Part shown: positions 26,950 through 36,528 of the stretch, in pieces | Numbering within the stretch: the first letter of the stretch is position 1 | How the letters are laid out: each line of letters begins with the position of its first letter | Source of the DNA: a virus | Taxonomy: Duplodnaviria; Caudoviricetes | Strand: one strand, 5' to 3' | IMG/VR virus record: IMGVR_UViG_3300033066_001904 | Location: 1 to 64,000 of that record | Length of the DNA stretch: 64,000 nt | Position numbers and translations under genes: made by a program | Notes under the pieces: generated by a model | What the model saw: the letters and a program-made list of their open reading frames with translations, nothing else | Told to the model about the DNA's origin: nothing | Database searches by the model: none

Positions 26950-27740
26950 TATTGTATAAATTTTGCAAATTTTCTTATATTAAAGATAATAAAATCTTTT
27001 ATGACTTCAAATTTAGATTTATCTTTTAGCTCAAAAAATTCTTTTAGTTTTTCTGTAGGTTTGGAAAATAAACCATTGTATGGGTATGTTGTTTCTAAAC
27101 AACCTAAAATTACTGGGTTTGCTGTGTCAATTGAATTGATTGTTATTTCTTCGTAATATGCAAATTCTTGTGGTAATGAACATCCTAATAGGTGGATATA
27201 ATCTCCATCTTTTATAATTCCCTTCTTTTTAAGTTGAGATACCAACCATATTCTTCCCATCATTTGATTTACTAATGGATTAGGATGAGCCATAATATTT
27301 TGATATTGCTTTGAAGAATGATTAAATGCAAAGTGATCGTATCCAATAGCTTTACATTCTAAATACAGATTTGCAATATCAGCATAAAATTCTCCTTGCA
27401 TAACCACCATTAGTTTAGTTCTTTCAGGAAGTGCTACATTTTGTACCCAATATTTAGCAATTTTATATGTTGTTTCGGCATCATTCCATGTATCGGGAAC
27501 AATAAAAATATCTGGTTCTACATCCCAAATTATGTTTAATAATTCATCTAAGGTAAATATATCACCTTCAAATAACCCATTATCCATTATTATAAATCTT
27601 CCATCTTTTCTAGCCTTTAGAAAATGATTTTTATATTCTTCATCAGAATAAAATGATGGAAGTAAATATTCATAATCGTTTACTTCATAACTGTACGAAA
27701 GCATCCATTTTGGAAGTTCGTGGCTTTTTTGTAATATCAT
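26949..27740 (-). CDS. TGT-superfamily (DpdA-like) base-exchange enzyme
   Basis: IIMDNG.FE (cf. DSG), VPD, VVMQG, IHLLG, SIDT; sits between queC and queD. Confidence 0.7.
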   Translation of the reverse strand: MILQKSHELPKWMLSYSYEVNDYEYLLPSFYSDEEYKNHFLKARKDGRFIIMDNGLFEGDIFTLDELLNIIWDVEPDIFIVPDTWNDAETTYKIAKYWVQNVALPERTKLMVVMQGEFYADIANLYLECKAIGYDHFAFNHSSKQYQNIMAHPNPLVNQMMGRIWLVSQLKKKGIIKDGDYIHLLGCSLPQEFAYYEEITINSIDTANPVILGCLETTYPYNGLFSKPTEKLKEFFELKDKSKFEVIKDFIIFNIRKFAKFIQ

Positions 27741-27988
27741 ATAATTATATTTTTTATAAGTACATCCGGAATTATTTCATTGAATATGAAATTTACAAAT
27801 TCAATTTCATTAATTGTCCAAGTTTCTTTATTATTTAATTCACCAGCAAATTGTACTAATGCTTCTTTTAACCCAGGTTGGGTAATATTATTATGGATAA
27901 CTTCATAAATAAAATCTTTTGAATCATTTAAATATGAATAAGATGATATTGTATCTCTTAATATATTAATTAAATCTATATTTTCCAT
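27737..27988 (-). CDS. Hypothetical protein
   Basis: 83 aa ORF. Confidence 0.5.
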   Translation of the reverse strand: MENIDLINILRDTISSYSYLNDSKDFIYEVIHNNITQPGLKEALVQFAGELNNKETWTINEIEFVNFIFNEIIPDVLIKNIII

Positions 27989-28179
27989 TGTTTACCATAT
28001 TCTCTTTTAAAGAAAAACCAAATTTTTAAACAGTTTAATTCATATTTAAAATGAATATCTTCACTTTCAAAATTATCAATTATGTCTAATGCCATTTGGT
28101 GGTTATCAGTATCTGATGATTCTAGCATTTCTTTTAGAAAATCATACATTTCTTTATTTTTTCCTGTCATCATATTCAA
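27976..28179 (-). CDS. Hypothetical protein
   Basis: 67 aa ORF. Confidence 0.45.
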   Translation of the reverse strand: MNMMTGKNKEMYDFLKEMLESSDTDNHQMALDIIDNFESEDIHFKYELNCLKIWFFFKREYGKQWKI

Positions 28180-28720
28180 TTATTCCTTTATCTAAGGCAT
28201 ATTGAAATACTTGTTCATAATTAGCATTCATCCAATTATTTGCTTCTATGTCGGAAATTGACTCCTTAGTACATTTTGTGTAGCAATTGGGAGTTTCATA
28301 TAAGATAATCTGACTTATTCTTAGATGTTGATATCTAGAGAACAGAACCATCATTGCTAAAAATAGCTCTTTAGCTATATTTTCTACTGAAGGATTACAG
28401 TATTCATTGCTGCCATTCAGTGACATTAACCATAATTTACTACTTGTATCGTTAGTAGCTTTTATAACTATTTCATCTTTAGGATTAAGAATCATCCCGT
28501 GATCTAATTTATCGTCTATCCATTGACAACCAACTCTCTTAATTTCTTTAAAATCAATAGCATAACCAATTTCAGCCATTTCTTCAAATTCAAATTCTAG
28601 TTCGTAGAGATAAGTATGACCATGCATGTTAAAACATTTCATTTTTTCATTCATAACTCTATGACCGGAGTCAAAAGTGCCTTTTCGTACAATATGTTGT
28701 ATTTTATTCTTTGCGGCCAT
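28154..28720 (-). CDS. queD: 6-carboxy-5,6,7,8-tetrahydropterin synthase
   Basis: FDSGHR, CFNMHGHTY, IDF..IK, LDH, PSVEN. Confidence 0.9.
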   Translation of the reverse strand: MAAKNKIQHIVRKGTFDSGHRVMNEKMKCFNMHGHTYLYELEFEFEEMAEIGYAIDFKEIKRVGCQWIDDKLDHGMILNPKDEIVIKATNDTSSKLWLMSLNGSNEYCNPSVENIAKELFLAMMVLFSRYQHLRISQIILYETPNCYTKCTKESISDIEANNWMNANYEQVFQYALDKGIIEYDDRKK

Positions 28721-29075
28721 TATCTATTATAGTGTTTTTTAAAAGTTCTAATGCTCTATCAAAAGATTCCGACAATTTTTTGAGATAATTAGGGTCGGAA
28801 ATTAAATTAGGGTTTAATTCTAATTCTTTATTAATATTTTCTATTTCTGTTTTTATTTGTTCTAAGTCCATAACTAAATTATAGTAAATGTAAAAAAATT
28901 TCTTTGACAAAAAAAATTCCTTAGCTATATTCGTATTATTTTTTTTATATTTGGGATCAAAAGGACAATGTCGACATCCATTTCCGCAACACTGTCCTCT
29001 TTTTATATGAAAAAGATGTGTAAATATTATTCTATCATTATCTTCATAATAATCTATATTTTTTATAAGACCCAT
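28704..29075 (-). CDS. DUF5522-like Cys-rich protein fused in frame to a helical peptide (probable separate start at 28871)
   Basis: RGQCCGNGCRHCPF; internal promoter-like motif before MDLEQIK. Confidence 0.55.
   Translation of the reverse strand: MGLIKNIDYYEDNDRIIFTHLFHIKRGQCCGNGCRHCPFDPKYKKNNTNIAKEFFLSKKFFYIYYNLVMDLEQIKTEIENINKELELNPNLISDPNYLKKLSESFDRALELLKNTIIDNGRKE
28885..28907 (-). promoter_or_regulatory. Promoter-like motif TCAAA-N10-TACATTTA
   Basis: Copy of the recurring motif inside the ORF, upstream of the ATG at 28871. Confidence 0.4.
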
Positions 29076-29077
29076 TT

Positions 29078-30934
29078 CTAAACTATTTCACACATTCCTC
29101 CAAAACATGCTAAATTATCTTGTAAAGATGTATTATCATCTATTTCTATCACTTTAGATAAATCTATTTCGTGTAAATGCTTACTGTATTTATTGTATTC
29201 TTCTTCTGTAATAGTTTCATAAGGAGCTTGAATATATGTACCTAAATCTTCTGGTAAGAATGATAATGCTGTAAAAAATGATTTATTAGTCCATATCCAT
29301 TCTCCTACTCCTTCCCACTCGTGAGGTTTAATATTAACTGTAGCACTAACATTATTTGTATTGCTACCTTTTCTATGACTAGGTTTTATCCATTCTTTAT
29401 TAAAACGTTTAATTCGTTCTAGTAAATCTATAGCATTTTCCTTTGTACGAATTATAGCATTAGTTGGGGCTTTTATAGGTACTGTAACTATAGCTTGAAT
29501 GTTGGCTTTAAAGAAATCATCCTCTAATAATTCAGGTTGATATATTTGTAGGTATGTATAAATAGCTTCGCTTTTACCAATTCTAATTCTTCTAAGGAAA
29601 TATAAATCGTGCCAAGCATGAATTCCTGATGATGTCCCTAAAACTAAAGAAGATGTACCTTCTGGTTTAATGGTTCCAGATCTTGCAGCTTTATTAATTC
29701 CTATTAATTTAGCTACTCTTTCATTTTCTTCTAAAAGAACTCTAGAAGCTTCTTGTATATCTAGATTTAGAATATCTCCACTAGCAATTCCAGTCATGGA
29801 AACTCCAATAAGAGCTTCTTTTTCAGTTACCTTTTTCCAAACATCTCTTAAATAATGAAAATCAGTATAAGAAGCTTGTAATGTACCTATAAAAGTTGCT
29901 GCTCTTACGCGTTCATTTAAATCTTCTTGAGATTCAAGATTAGCAGCATTGATCGTTGTTAAATTACAAAACTGATTAGATTTTAAACTAATTTCAGCAC
30001 ATGGGTTGGTTCCCATGTCTTTATCATTTGTAAAAATAAACCCAGGTTCTCCACTATTAGAATATTCTATTTTTTTCCACAAATCTAAAAATGATTCTTT
30101 ATCTATTTCTGATCGTAGTAAAACTGCTGAATTATTTGCTCTTCCTCGTTGTGGATTTTCTTCCCACCAATTTCCAAATTTACAAGATAACATCTCTTCA
30201 TCATCTAAATTAAATAGAGCTATTAAAGCTGCTCTTCTTATTCCTCCTGACAATACGGCGTCTGCTAAATGGCATATTATATCATGGCATTCTAATGAAG
30301 ATAATTTATCTCCATCATTTTTATTATCTAATATAGATTGTATATGGACAAGACATATTTTTAGTGGTTCAGGTCCAGGTGCTTTTCCCCCAGCTGTTAA
30401 TAATTGAGAACCTTTAGTTCTAATATCTCTAAAATCAAATAGAGGAACATATGATGACATTCCAAAATATGATTTCATTAACATTTTAACAGCGTCTGCC
30501 CATCCTTCTATTGAATCACCTATAAGGTATCTTTTAGATTTTAGGGGTTTTCTGATTTCTGGTAATTTTTCTATGTGGTGTGTTTGAACTGAGTATCCTA
30601 CTCCACAACCTGCTAACAGTAGGAACATTATTTCTGAAAATGCCCTATAATCATCTATGGGTAGATAACTACAATTAAACATTCGAGCATTATTAATTTC
30701 TATTGGTTTACCTGCGAACTGTATCGATCGCATTGATGGTAGTACTTTTTTATCATAAACTAATTGATATGCTTTATTAATTTCATCTTTTAATAAAGGA
30801 AATTTATTTAAATGCATATTTTTATTTCTAGTAACAATTTCTTCCCAAGTTTCTCTTCTTTCTTTCTTTGTTAAATACTTACTATATTTCATCCAAATAG
30901 TAAGATCACTCAATATTTTTTGATTAATATCCAT
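29078..30934 (-). CDS. nrdJ: Class II (adenosylcobalamin-dependent) ribonucleotide reductase
   Basis: NCS, TNPCAEI, TIKPEGT, C-terminal CFGGMC; no nrdB in the window. Confidence 0.85.
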   Translation of the reverse strand: MDINQKILSDLTIWMKYSKYLTKKERRETWEEIVTRNKNMHLNKFPLLKDEINKAYQLVYDKKVLPSMRSIQFAGKPIEINNARMFNCSYLPIDDYRAFSEIMFLLLAGCGVGYSVQTHHIEKLPEIRKPLKSKRYLIGDSIEGWADAVKMLMKSYFGMSSYVPLFDFRDIRTKGSQLLTAGGKAPGPEPLKICLVHIQSILDNKNDGDKLSSLECHDIICHLADAVLSGGIRRAALIALFNLDDEEMLSCKFGNWWEENPQRGRANNSAVLLRSEIDKESFLDLWKKIEYSNSGEPGFIFTNDKDMGTNPCAEISLKSNQFCNLTTINAANLESQEDLNERVRAATFIGTLQASYTDFHYLRDVWKKVTEKEALIGVSMTGIASGDILNLDIQEASRVLLEENERVAKLIGINKAARSGTIKPEGTSSLVLGTSSGIHAWHDLYFLRRIRIGKSEAIYTYLQIYQPELLEDDFFKANIQAIVTVPIKAPTNAIIRTKENAIDLLERIKRFNKEWIKPSHRKGSNTNNVSATVNIKPHEWEGVGEWIWTNKSFFTALSFLPEDLGTYIQAPYETITEEEYNKYSKHLHEIDLSKVIEIDDNTSLQDNLACFGGMCEIV

Positions 30935-31009
30935 TCTTGATTCAAATTTTTAATTATTAAAGTAATACATCATAACTTATAAGTTGTGTACATATAAATA
31001 TTTATAATT

Positions 31010-32401
31010 TTACTTTAAAAATTTATTTTTTAAATATTCTCTATCTTCCTCGTTAATATTTGAATATGGGCTTACGGGAGCAGACATAGATTCGTCTTCA
31101 TCATCATCCAATGGTTTGGCATAAATTTCAATATGTCCATTAGAAGTATCAATTTTAGACGCAAATGTCAAACCATCGGGTCCATATCTATTTCCCATTA
31201 TGTGCCATCTTCCTGTTCCATTTATTCTATCTTTTCTTCCTCTAGCTAAGGATATCAATATATCTGCAATCATAATTTTATCATATGAACCTGCAGCATG
31301 GCTACTTTCTAATATATTTTCTTTAGCTCCTGTTCTATTTGCCTGAGATGGCGAAATAATAGGTATTTCTAATTGTTTAGCTAATCTTTTAGCATGTACG
31401 TATACATCATCAATTTCTGATTTTCTATCAACTCTAGATCTGGTTTTTACATAATCTAAATAATCAATAATAATTAAATCAGGTTTAAATTCATTTTGAT
31501 GTTCAAGTTGTTGAAGATGACTTTCAATAGTATCAAAAGTAGCTGTTCGAGGAGGATATTCTTTAATAATAATTTTTCCTTTAATATTAGATACAACACT
31601 TTCAACTTTTTCTCTGTTTTCATCTAATTTATCAACAGGAATACCTGTAAAAATGGCATCATATCTTTTACCTACGTACCCAGCCCCTAATTCTAGGGAA
31701 TAGTGCAATACATTATACCCCAACGTTGCAGCATATGCACCCATAGCAGCTACAGCCCATGATTTACCTCCTTTAGGATTTCCAAATATTAAAACTAAAT
31801 CTCCACTTCCATATCCACCTTGCGTTAAGGAATTAAAGACAGGCCATGGAAATGGTACTGCTTTTCTATCATCTTCTCTGTATCTAGATTCTATATCTTT
31901 ATCATACTCATGTCCTATATTTTTTTCTTCACCCGCTTTTAAAGCGTTATTCATTAATTGCTTAATTCCATCGTAATCTCCTATTTCTAGTAAAGAAACA
32001 GAATTACTAATAGCTTTTTTAATTTGTTGATTTCTACAAAAGTTAGCAAATTCTCCCTCTACCCACTTTAAATCACTAGCTTCTACTAGTGAATATGCCT
32101 CTCTTAAACATTCTGTTATAGAAAGTCTAAGAACTTCATTTTCAATTTTTTTAGTTTCAATTGAAAGTGTTTCAATAGTAGGATTTGTGTGCCATTTATT
32201 AAAATATGTTATTATATAATCTATTATCCATTTATGAGCCGAATTTTCGAAATATTCTGCGTCTAGTGAATCGAATATATTTAGTAAAAAAAGGCGCTGT
32301 GTTAAAAGAGCGCCTATTACTTTTATTTGAAATAAGTTGCCATATTTGGCAAGATTGTGTAAAGTTGTGATAAGTACCTCCTTTTCTACAAATATTTCCA
32401 T
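31010..32401 (-). CDS. Replicative SF4 helicase (DnaB/T4 gp41-like); possible true start ATC at 32371
   Basis: Walker A GNPKGGKS, SLE, IIIDYLD, SQANR, NRYG. Confidence 0.92.
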   Translation of the reverse strand: MEIFVEKEVLITTLHNLAKYGNLFQIKVIGALLTQRLFLLNIFDSLDAEYFENSAHKWIIDYIITYFNKWHTNPTIETLSIETKKIENEVLRLSITECLREAYSLVEASDLKWVEGEFANFCRNQQIKKAISNSVSLLEIGDYDGIKQLMNNALKAGEEKNIGHEYDKDIESRYREDDRKAVPFPWPVFNSLTQGGYGSGDLVLIFGNPKGGKSWAVAAMGAYAATLGYNVLHYSLELGAGYVGKRYDAIFTGIPVDKLDENREKVESVVSNIKGKIIIKEYPPRTATFDTIESHLQQLEHQNEFKPDLIIIDYLDYVKTRSRVDRKSEIDDVYVHAKRLAKQLEIPIISPSQANRTGAKENILESSHAAGSYDKIMIADILISLARGRKDRINGTGRWHIMGNRYGPDGLTFASKIDTSNGHIEIYAKPLDDDEDESMSAPVSPYSNINEEDREYLKNKFLK

Positions 32402-33078
32402 ATATATCCACCAGATGTTTTTATAGAACCAACTAAAGCATCTTTAATCCCTTTTATACCAGTTAAATTTCTAGCTTCAGTAATAGAATTATAAATTTTA
32501 ATTTGATTATTATTTTTATCTAGTTGAATTATAGGTTTAGATTTTGCTAAAATACAATTTTTTCTATTGTTTTTAATAGCTAAAATCCATATATCTGTTT
32601 TTTTTATTTTTTTAAGTTTATTTGAAATTTTTTTCTTATGTTCTTCTGTTAATTTTATACCTTTTTTAGCTTCAGATATTTTTTCTTTCCATTCATTAGT
32701 ATACATTTTATGTCCTTTTCTAGAATTAGACATTTTTTGTTTTATTTCTTTAGAAAGTTTAGTTCCTTTTTTAGCTTTAGATATTTTTTCTTTTGTTGTA
32801 TTAGATAAACCAGAATTACCAAAAGGTTTATTAGTTAAATTATAAAAATTTTCATTATTAGCAGCATCGTAATATTTTAACCAATATTCTTCTTGTTTTA
32901 TTAAATCTTGTTGATTTTTACATTCCTCTAATATTTCTTTTTTAAAATTTTCGCGACCATATTCTTTAATAGCTTTTTTAAGTAAAGTACCACTTCCTAA
33001 GTAGTTAGGATTATTATTTGAATCTTTACCTATGTATTTCTTTCCGTTTATTAAATTTTTTGTAACATATATTATCAT
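32386..33078 (-). mobile_element. Free-standing GIY-YIG homing endonuclease with NUMOD3/NUMOD1 repeats
   Basis: IIY...KKYIG, Y.GSG, repeated ETKEKIS-like units, C-terminal KPIIQ...WKY. Confidence 0.9.
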
Positions 33079-33108
33079 GATAATAAATATATGACAATAC
33101 TAAAAAAA

Positions 33109-34149
33109 TTAGCTACTATGCTCGTAATCTTTATTAATTATCTCTAATGTATTAAATACAGTATATATCCAATTATCAACATGAGGGATAGAATCCCCTA
33201 ATAAATCGGAATTGTACATAGTATTAAATGCTGACTTGTTTAGTCCATTAGATTCTTGTATATTGTTTTTTATAATTTGTAAATTTTCTAATGAAATTGA
33301 AGTTTCCTTTAAATTCATTAATCTATTATTAATTTGAAGCTGATTTGATAACTCATTAATTTTTGCAAATAAATCATTATCTTTTTCTTTACTTGATTTC
33401 TCAAGTATTTCATGTAAATGAAATTTAGCTTCATTTTTTAGTTCAGGAAACATTTTTAATAATTTTTTATCACCTAAACCTTTTATACCGGGAATATTAT
33501 CTGATTTATCTCCTAAAAGAACTTTATACGCAATAAAATTATTAGGATGAACATTATATTCATCTATAACATCATTTTGTTTATAAACTTTCTTTTTACT
33601 AGGAGAATATATTTGAGTTTTTTCTGATACTAATTGCAAAAAATCTTTATCAGCTGACATTACAGTAATATTATTAGTATTAATGTTATCCTCATAAGTT
33701 CCTACTATGTTTCCTATTATATCATCTGCTTCTAAACCATCTATACAAATAATAGACAGTGGTAAGCATTTTAAATAGTGAATTAAACGTACTATTTGAC
33801 TATGTATCGCTTCATTCTCTTCTTCCTTTGTTTTAAAGGAATCATAGTTAGTAATTCGATTAGCATATCTATTTGATTTATAAGCAGGAAATAAATTTCG
33901 TTTAGAAGATGAACCTCCAACTCCATCAAATACGATTATAACCTTTGTAGGATCTAATATTTTAATAGCATAACCTATAGATTTTAAAAATCCTACTAGA
34001 CCACCTATATGGTGGCCGTTCGGATTTATCATGTTAATAACTGAGAAACATCTCAGAAATGTATTTAAGCCATCTATTATGAGAATATTATTATCTATAT
34101 GCTGTTTTTCACTTGTAATTTTTTCAAAAATGTTTTTATATTTGTTCAT
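33109..34149 (-). CDS. 5'-3' exonuclease / RNase H (T4 Rnh-like)
   Basis: IIDGLN, VFDG, YKSNR, EADD, SADKD, GDKSDNIPG. Confidence 0.93.
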   Translation of the reverse strand: MNKYKNIFEKITSEKQHIDNNILIIDGLNTFLRCFSVINMINPNGHHIGGLVGFLKSIGYAIKILDPTKVIIVFDGVGGSSSKRNLFPAYKSNRYANRITNYDSFKTKEEENEAIHSQIVRLIHYLKCLPLSIICIDGLEADDIIGNIVGTYEDNINTNNITVMSADKDFLQLVSEKTQIYSPSKKKVYKQNDVIDEYNVHPNNFIAYKVLLGDKSDNIPGIKGLGDKKLLKMFPELKNEAKFHLHEILEKSSKEKDNDLFAKINELSNQLQINNRLMNLKETSISLENLQIIKNNIQESNGLNKSAFNTMYNSDLLGDSIPHVDNWIYTVFNTLEIINKDYEHSS

Positions 34150-35233
34150 CCTCTATAGTTATAGCTTCAATACTTTTATAATTTTCATCCCATTCTGATT
34201 TATCTTCAGTTATTTCAAAATCAGAAGATCCTAATACTGCTAACCATTCATTTTTATGTTCTTGTTTATATTGCTTAACTGATTTGTCGTCATCTTCAAT
34301 AAAACCATGAACAGTCATAATTACTGATCCTTTAGTTTGGATACCGTTAATGTGGTTCTTATCACATGCTACTTTAGTTCGTTTAGCAAATTCTACATCC
34401 TTACCATCTTTGGTTGCTTTTAATTTAGATGTTCCACTATTAGTGACATTACCAAATGTTATTACAAGAGAAGCATCATAAAACATAGCATTACCACCTT
34501 TGTTGGTCATTTTAGGTTGAGCATATTGGTTTTCTGCAGGTTGAACTCCAGTTTTATTTACACAAATAAGAGTATTAGTGTATTTGGAAGTTTCTTTTCT
34601 TGATAATGTAAATTTTTGATTAATAAAATTACCAAATTGATTAGCCATTGCTCCTGCATTCCACATAGGGTTATTATTATTATTATCTACTGACATTCTA
34701 CAAGGTATTGAACCTATTGAATCCCACATAAACAATAAATCATAAGGTAATTTACCTAACATTTGTTCATTTAATAAATCAGCTATAAATGCTGACACAT
34801 CTTCGATGGTTAAGAGCGATGATCTATCTACATATAGAAAAAATCCTTCATAATCTATGATCTTACCAGTTTCATCCTTAATCTCATTAATTTCGAATCC
34901 CATTTGCTTAGCATGTTCCCACGACCATTTCATTTCCGTTATTATGAATATAGGTAATATTCCCATTTTTTGAGCAGAAATAGCTGTTTCTAGCAATAAA
35001 GTTGTTTTACCTGTATCAGACTGACCTCTAAGAAGAGTTATGTGTCCCATAGGAGCACCTGGTAATGATACTATATTTTGGAATGCTTTTGAGAAAGGGA
35101 TAAATTTTTCATCCTTAAATTTAACTGATTTATCAAGATATTTTGATTTTTTAAATGATTTTAAATCAAAACCACCTGATCCATTTAGGCTAGTTGAAAT
35201 AGCTTCAGTTAATGATTTTGTTGTTCTAGCCAT
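34136..35233 (-). CDS. uvsX: RecA/UvsX-like recombinase
   Basis: Walker A GQSDTGKT, WDSIG, GGNA. Confidence 0.85.
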   Translation of the reverse strand: MARTTKSLTEAISTSLNGSGGFDLKSFKKSKYLDKSVKFKDEKFIPFSKAFQNIVSLPGAPMGHITLLRGQSDTGKTTLLLETAISAQKMGILPIFIITEMKWSWEHAKQMGFEINEIKDETGKIIDYEGFFLYVDRSSLLTIEDVSAFIADLLNEQMLGKLPYDLLFMWDSIGSIPCRMSVDNNNNNPMWNAGAMANQFGNFINQKFTLSRKETSKYTNTLICVNKTGVQPAENQYAQPKMTNKGGNAMFYDASLVITFGNVTNSGTSKLKATKDGKDVEFAKRTKVACDKNHINGIQTKGSVIMTVHGFIEDDDKSVKQYKQEHKNEWLAVLGSSDFEITEDKSEWDENYKSIEAITIEDEQI

Positions 35234-35236
35234 ATT

Positions 35237-36043
35237 TTATTTTTTAGATGTTTCAAACATTTTGTCAAATTCATCAGTTACTGATTTTTTACTTTTTTCA
35301 TACGCTGTTAGAGGAGGAGTATCAAATTCTGTAACAGGACCAGAAATAATTGATCCTTCTTCTGCTTTTGGTTCAGGATTTAAAAAGTTTTGTAAAACTT
35401 CTTTTAGATCATCAAATTTATATCTTCTATTTATTGCTAAGATATCTGTTTGATTATTAAGTAAAGACTCGATTTGAGAAGCATCTGTTGATATAGGTGA
35501 TACTTTAGGTTTAATAGTTAAACTGATTTTATTAACAGATTTACCTGCAACAACATCTTTTACTACAGTTGCTGTAAAATCTCTACCTTCATTAAGGTCA
35601 GTGTAATCTCCATAATCTTCATTATCGGCTAATTCTAGTAATTGTTGATAAATAATTTTACCAAATTCCCATAATTTAGCCCCTTCATTTTCTTGTCCTC
35701 TTACAACAACATTTGCAAAATATCTAGTTTTAGGTTCCAATTTAGAAGCTAAACCCCAATCTTCTTTATCTGAAGATTTACGTAATTCTTTACAAAATTC
35801 AACAATGGGATCTTTTTCTCCCCAATTAGTTAATGCCATAATAGGACCTTTAGCATAACCATAGTGCATTTTAATTTCTCTAAAGGGATCTTTAGAATTT
35901 AATTTTGATGGAAGTATTCTTATTTGATACTTTCCGGGTACTGGTTTCCAAAATATTTTGGAAAAGTCAATTTTTTCGTACTTTTGATTTTGGCCTTTAT
36001 TTTGAGCTTTAGCCAATTTCTCTTTCATTAATGTAATGTCCAT
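35237..36043 (-). CDS. Single-stranded DNA-binding protein (T4 gp32-like)
   Basis: FWKP..G...IRILP, YGDYTD...GRD, acidic C-terminus. Confidence 0.8.
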   Translation of the reverse strand: MDITLMKEKLAKAQNKGQNQKYEKIDFSKIFWKPVPGKYQIRILPSKLNSKDPFREIKMHYGYAKGPIMALTNWGEKDPIVEFCKELRKSSDKEDWGLASKLEPKTRYFANVVVRGQENEGAKLWEFGKIIYQQLLELADNEDYGDYTDLNEGRDFTATVVKDVVAGKSVNKISLTIKPKVSPISTDASQIESLLNNQTDILAINRRYKFDDLKEVLQNFLNPEPKAEEGSIISGPVTEFDTPPLTAYEKSKKSVTDEFDKMFETSKK

Positions 36044-36069
36044 AACAAATTTTATTTAAAATTTAGAAT

Positions 36070-36101
36070 TAAAGATAATAAAAATCTTTGATAAAACCAA
36101 A
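36070..36101 (-). promoter_or_regulatory. Promoter-like TTTG-N20-TATCTTTA with internal TCAAA
   Basis: Bacteroidota-like spacing; upstream of SSB. Confidence 0.55.
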
Positions 36102-36108
36102 AATATTT

Positions 36109-36522
36109 TTAAAGGTTTACTATTTTATGTATAGTAGTGTCTAATTTTCTCACATCGGAACCATTAGTTAGCAGAATACAATTTTTATAATTTTCCCAAT
36201 TAATTTTATAATTGACATTAAGTACTCCTTCGTTTAAAGACTTTATTAAATTATTTAATGCATTTATTGTATAGAGGGTATTATAATCTTTTTTACGATG
36301 TAATAAAATAGTATTATCTAATAAATTAGATACGTTACCTGTATCTATGTTGTAGGTGCAAATATATTCATCACTTTGAGGTGAATTTAGGATAAATATT
36401 TTATTATAAAGTACTGTATATCTTTTATTTATAGTGTCTAGTGTTTGTTCTAAATTTTCTTTTTTGGAAAATGTACAAAATAATTTATTCAATTCTGATT
36501 TTTCATTTAAGTATTCATTCAT
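36109..36522 (-). CDS. Hypothetical protein
   Basis: 137 aa ORF in the replication block. Confidence 0.65.
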   Translation of the reverse strand: MNEYLNEKSELNKLFCTFSKKENLEQTLDTINKRYTVLYNKIFILNSPQSDEYICTYNIDTGNVSNLLDNTILLHRKKDYNTLYTINALNNLIKSLNEGVLNVNYKINWENYKNCILLTNGSDVRKLDTTIHKIVNL

Positions 36523-36528
36523 ACATAT

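Noticed and set aside
17807-35233. Inteins or group I introns in PolB, RNR, helicase or UvsX
   Set aside because: Protein lengths are ordinary, motifs are contiguous, and both GIY-YIG genes lie between genes
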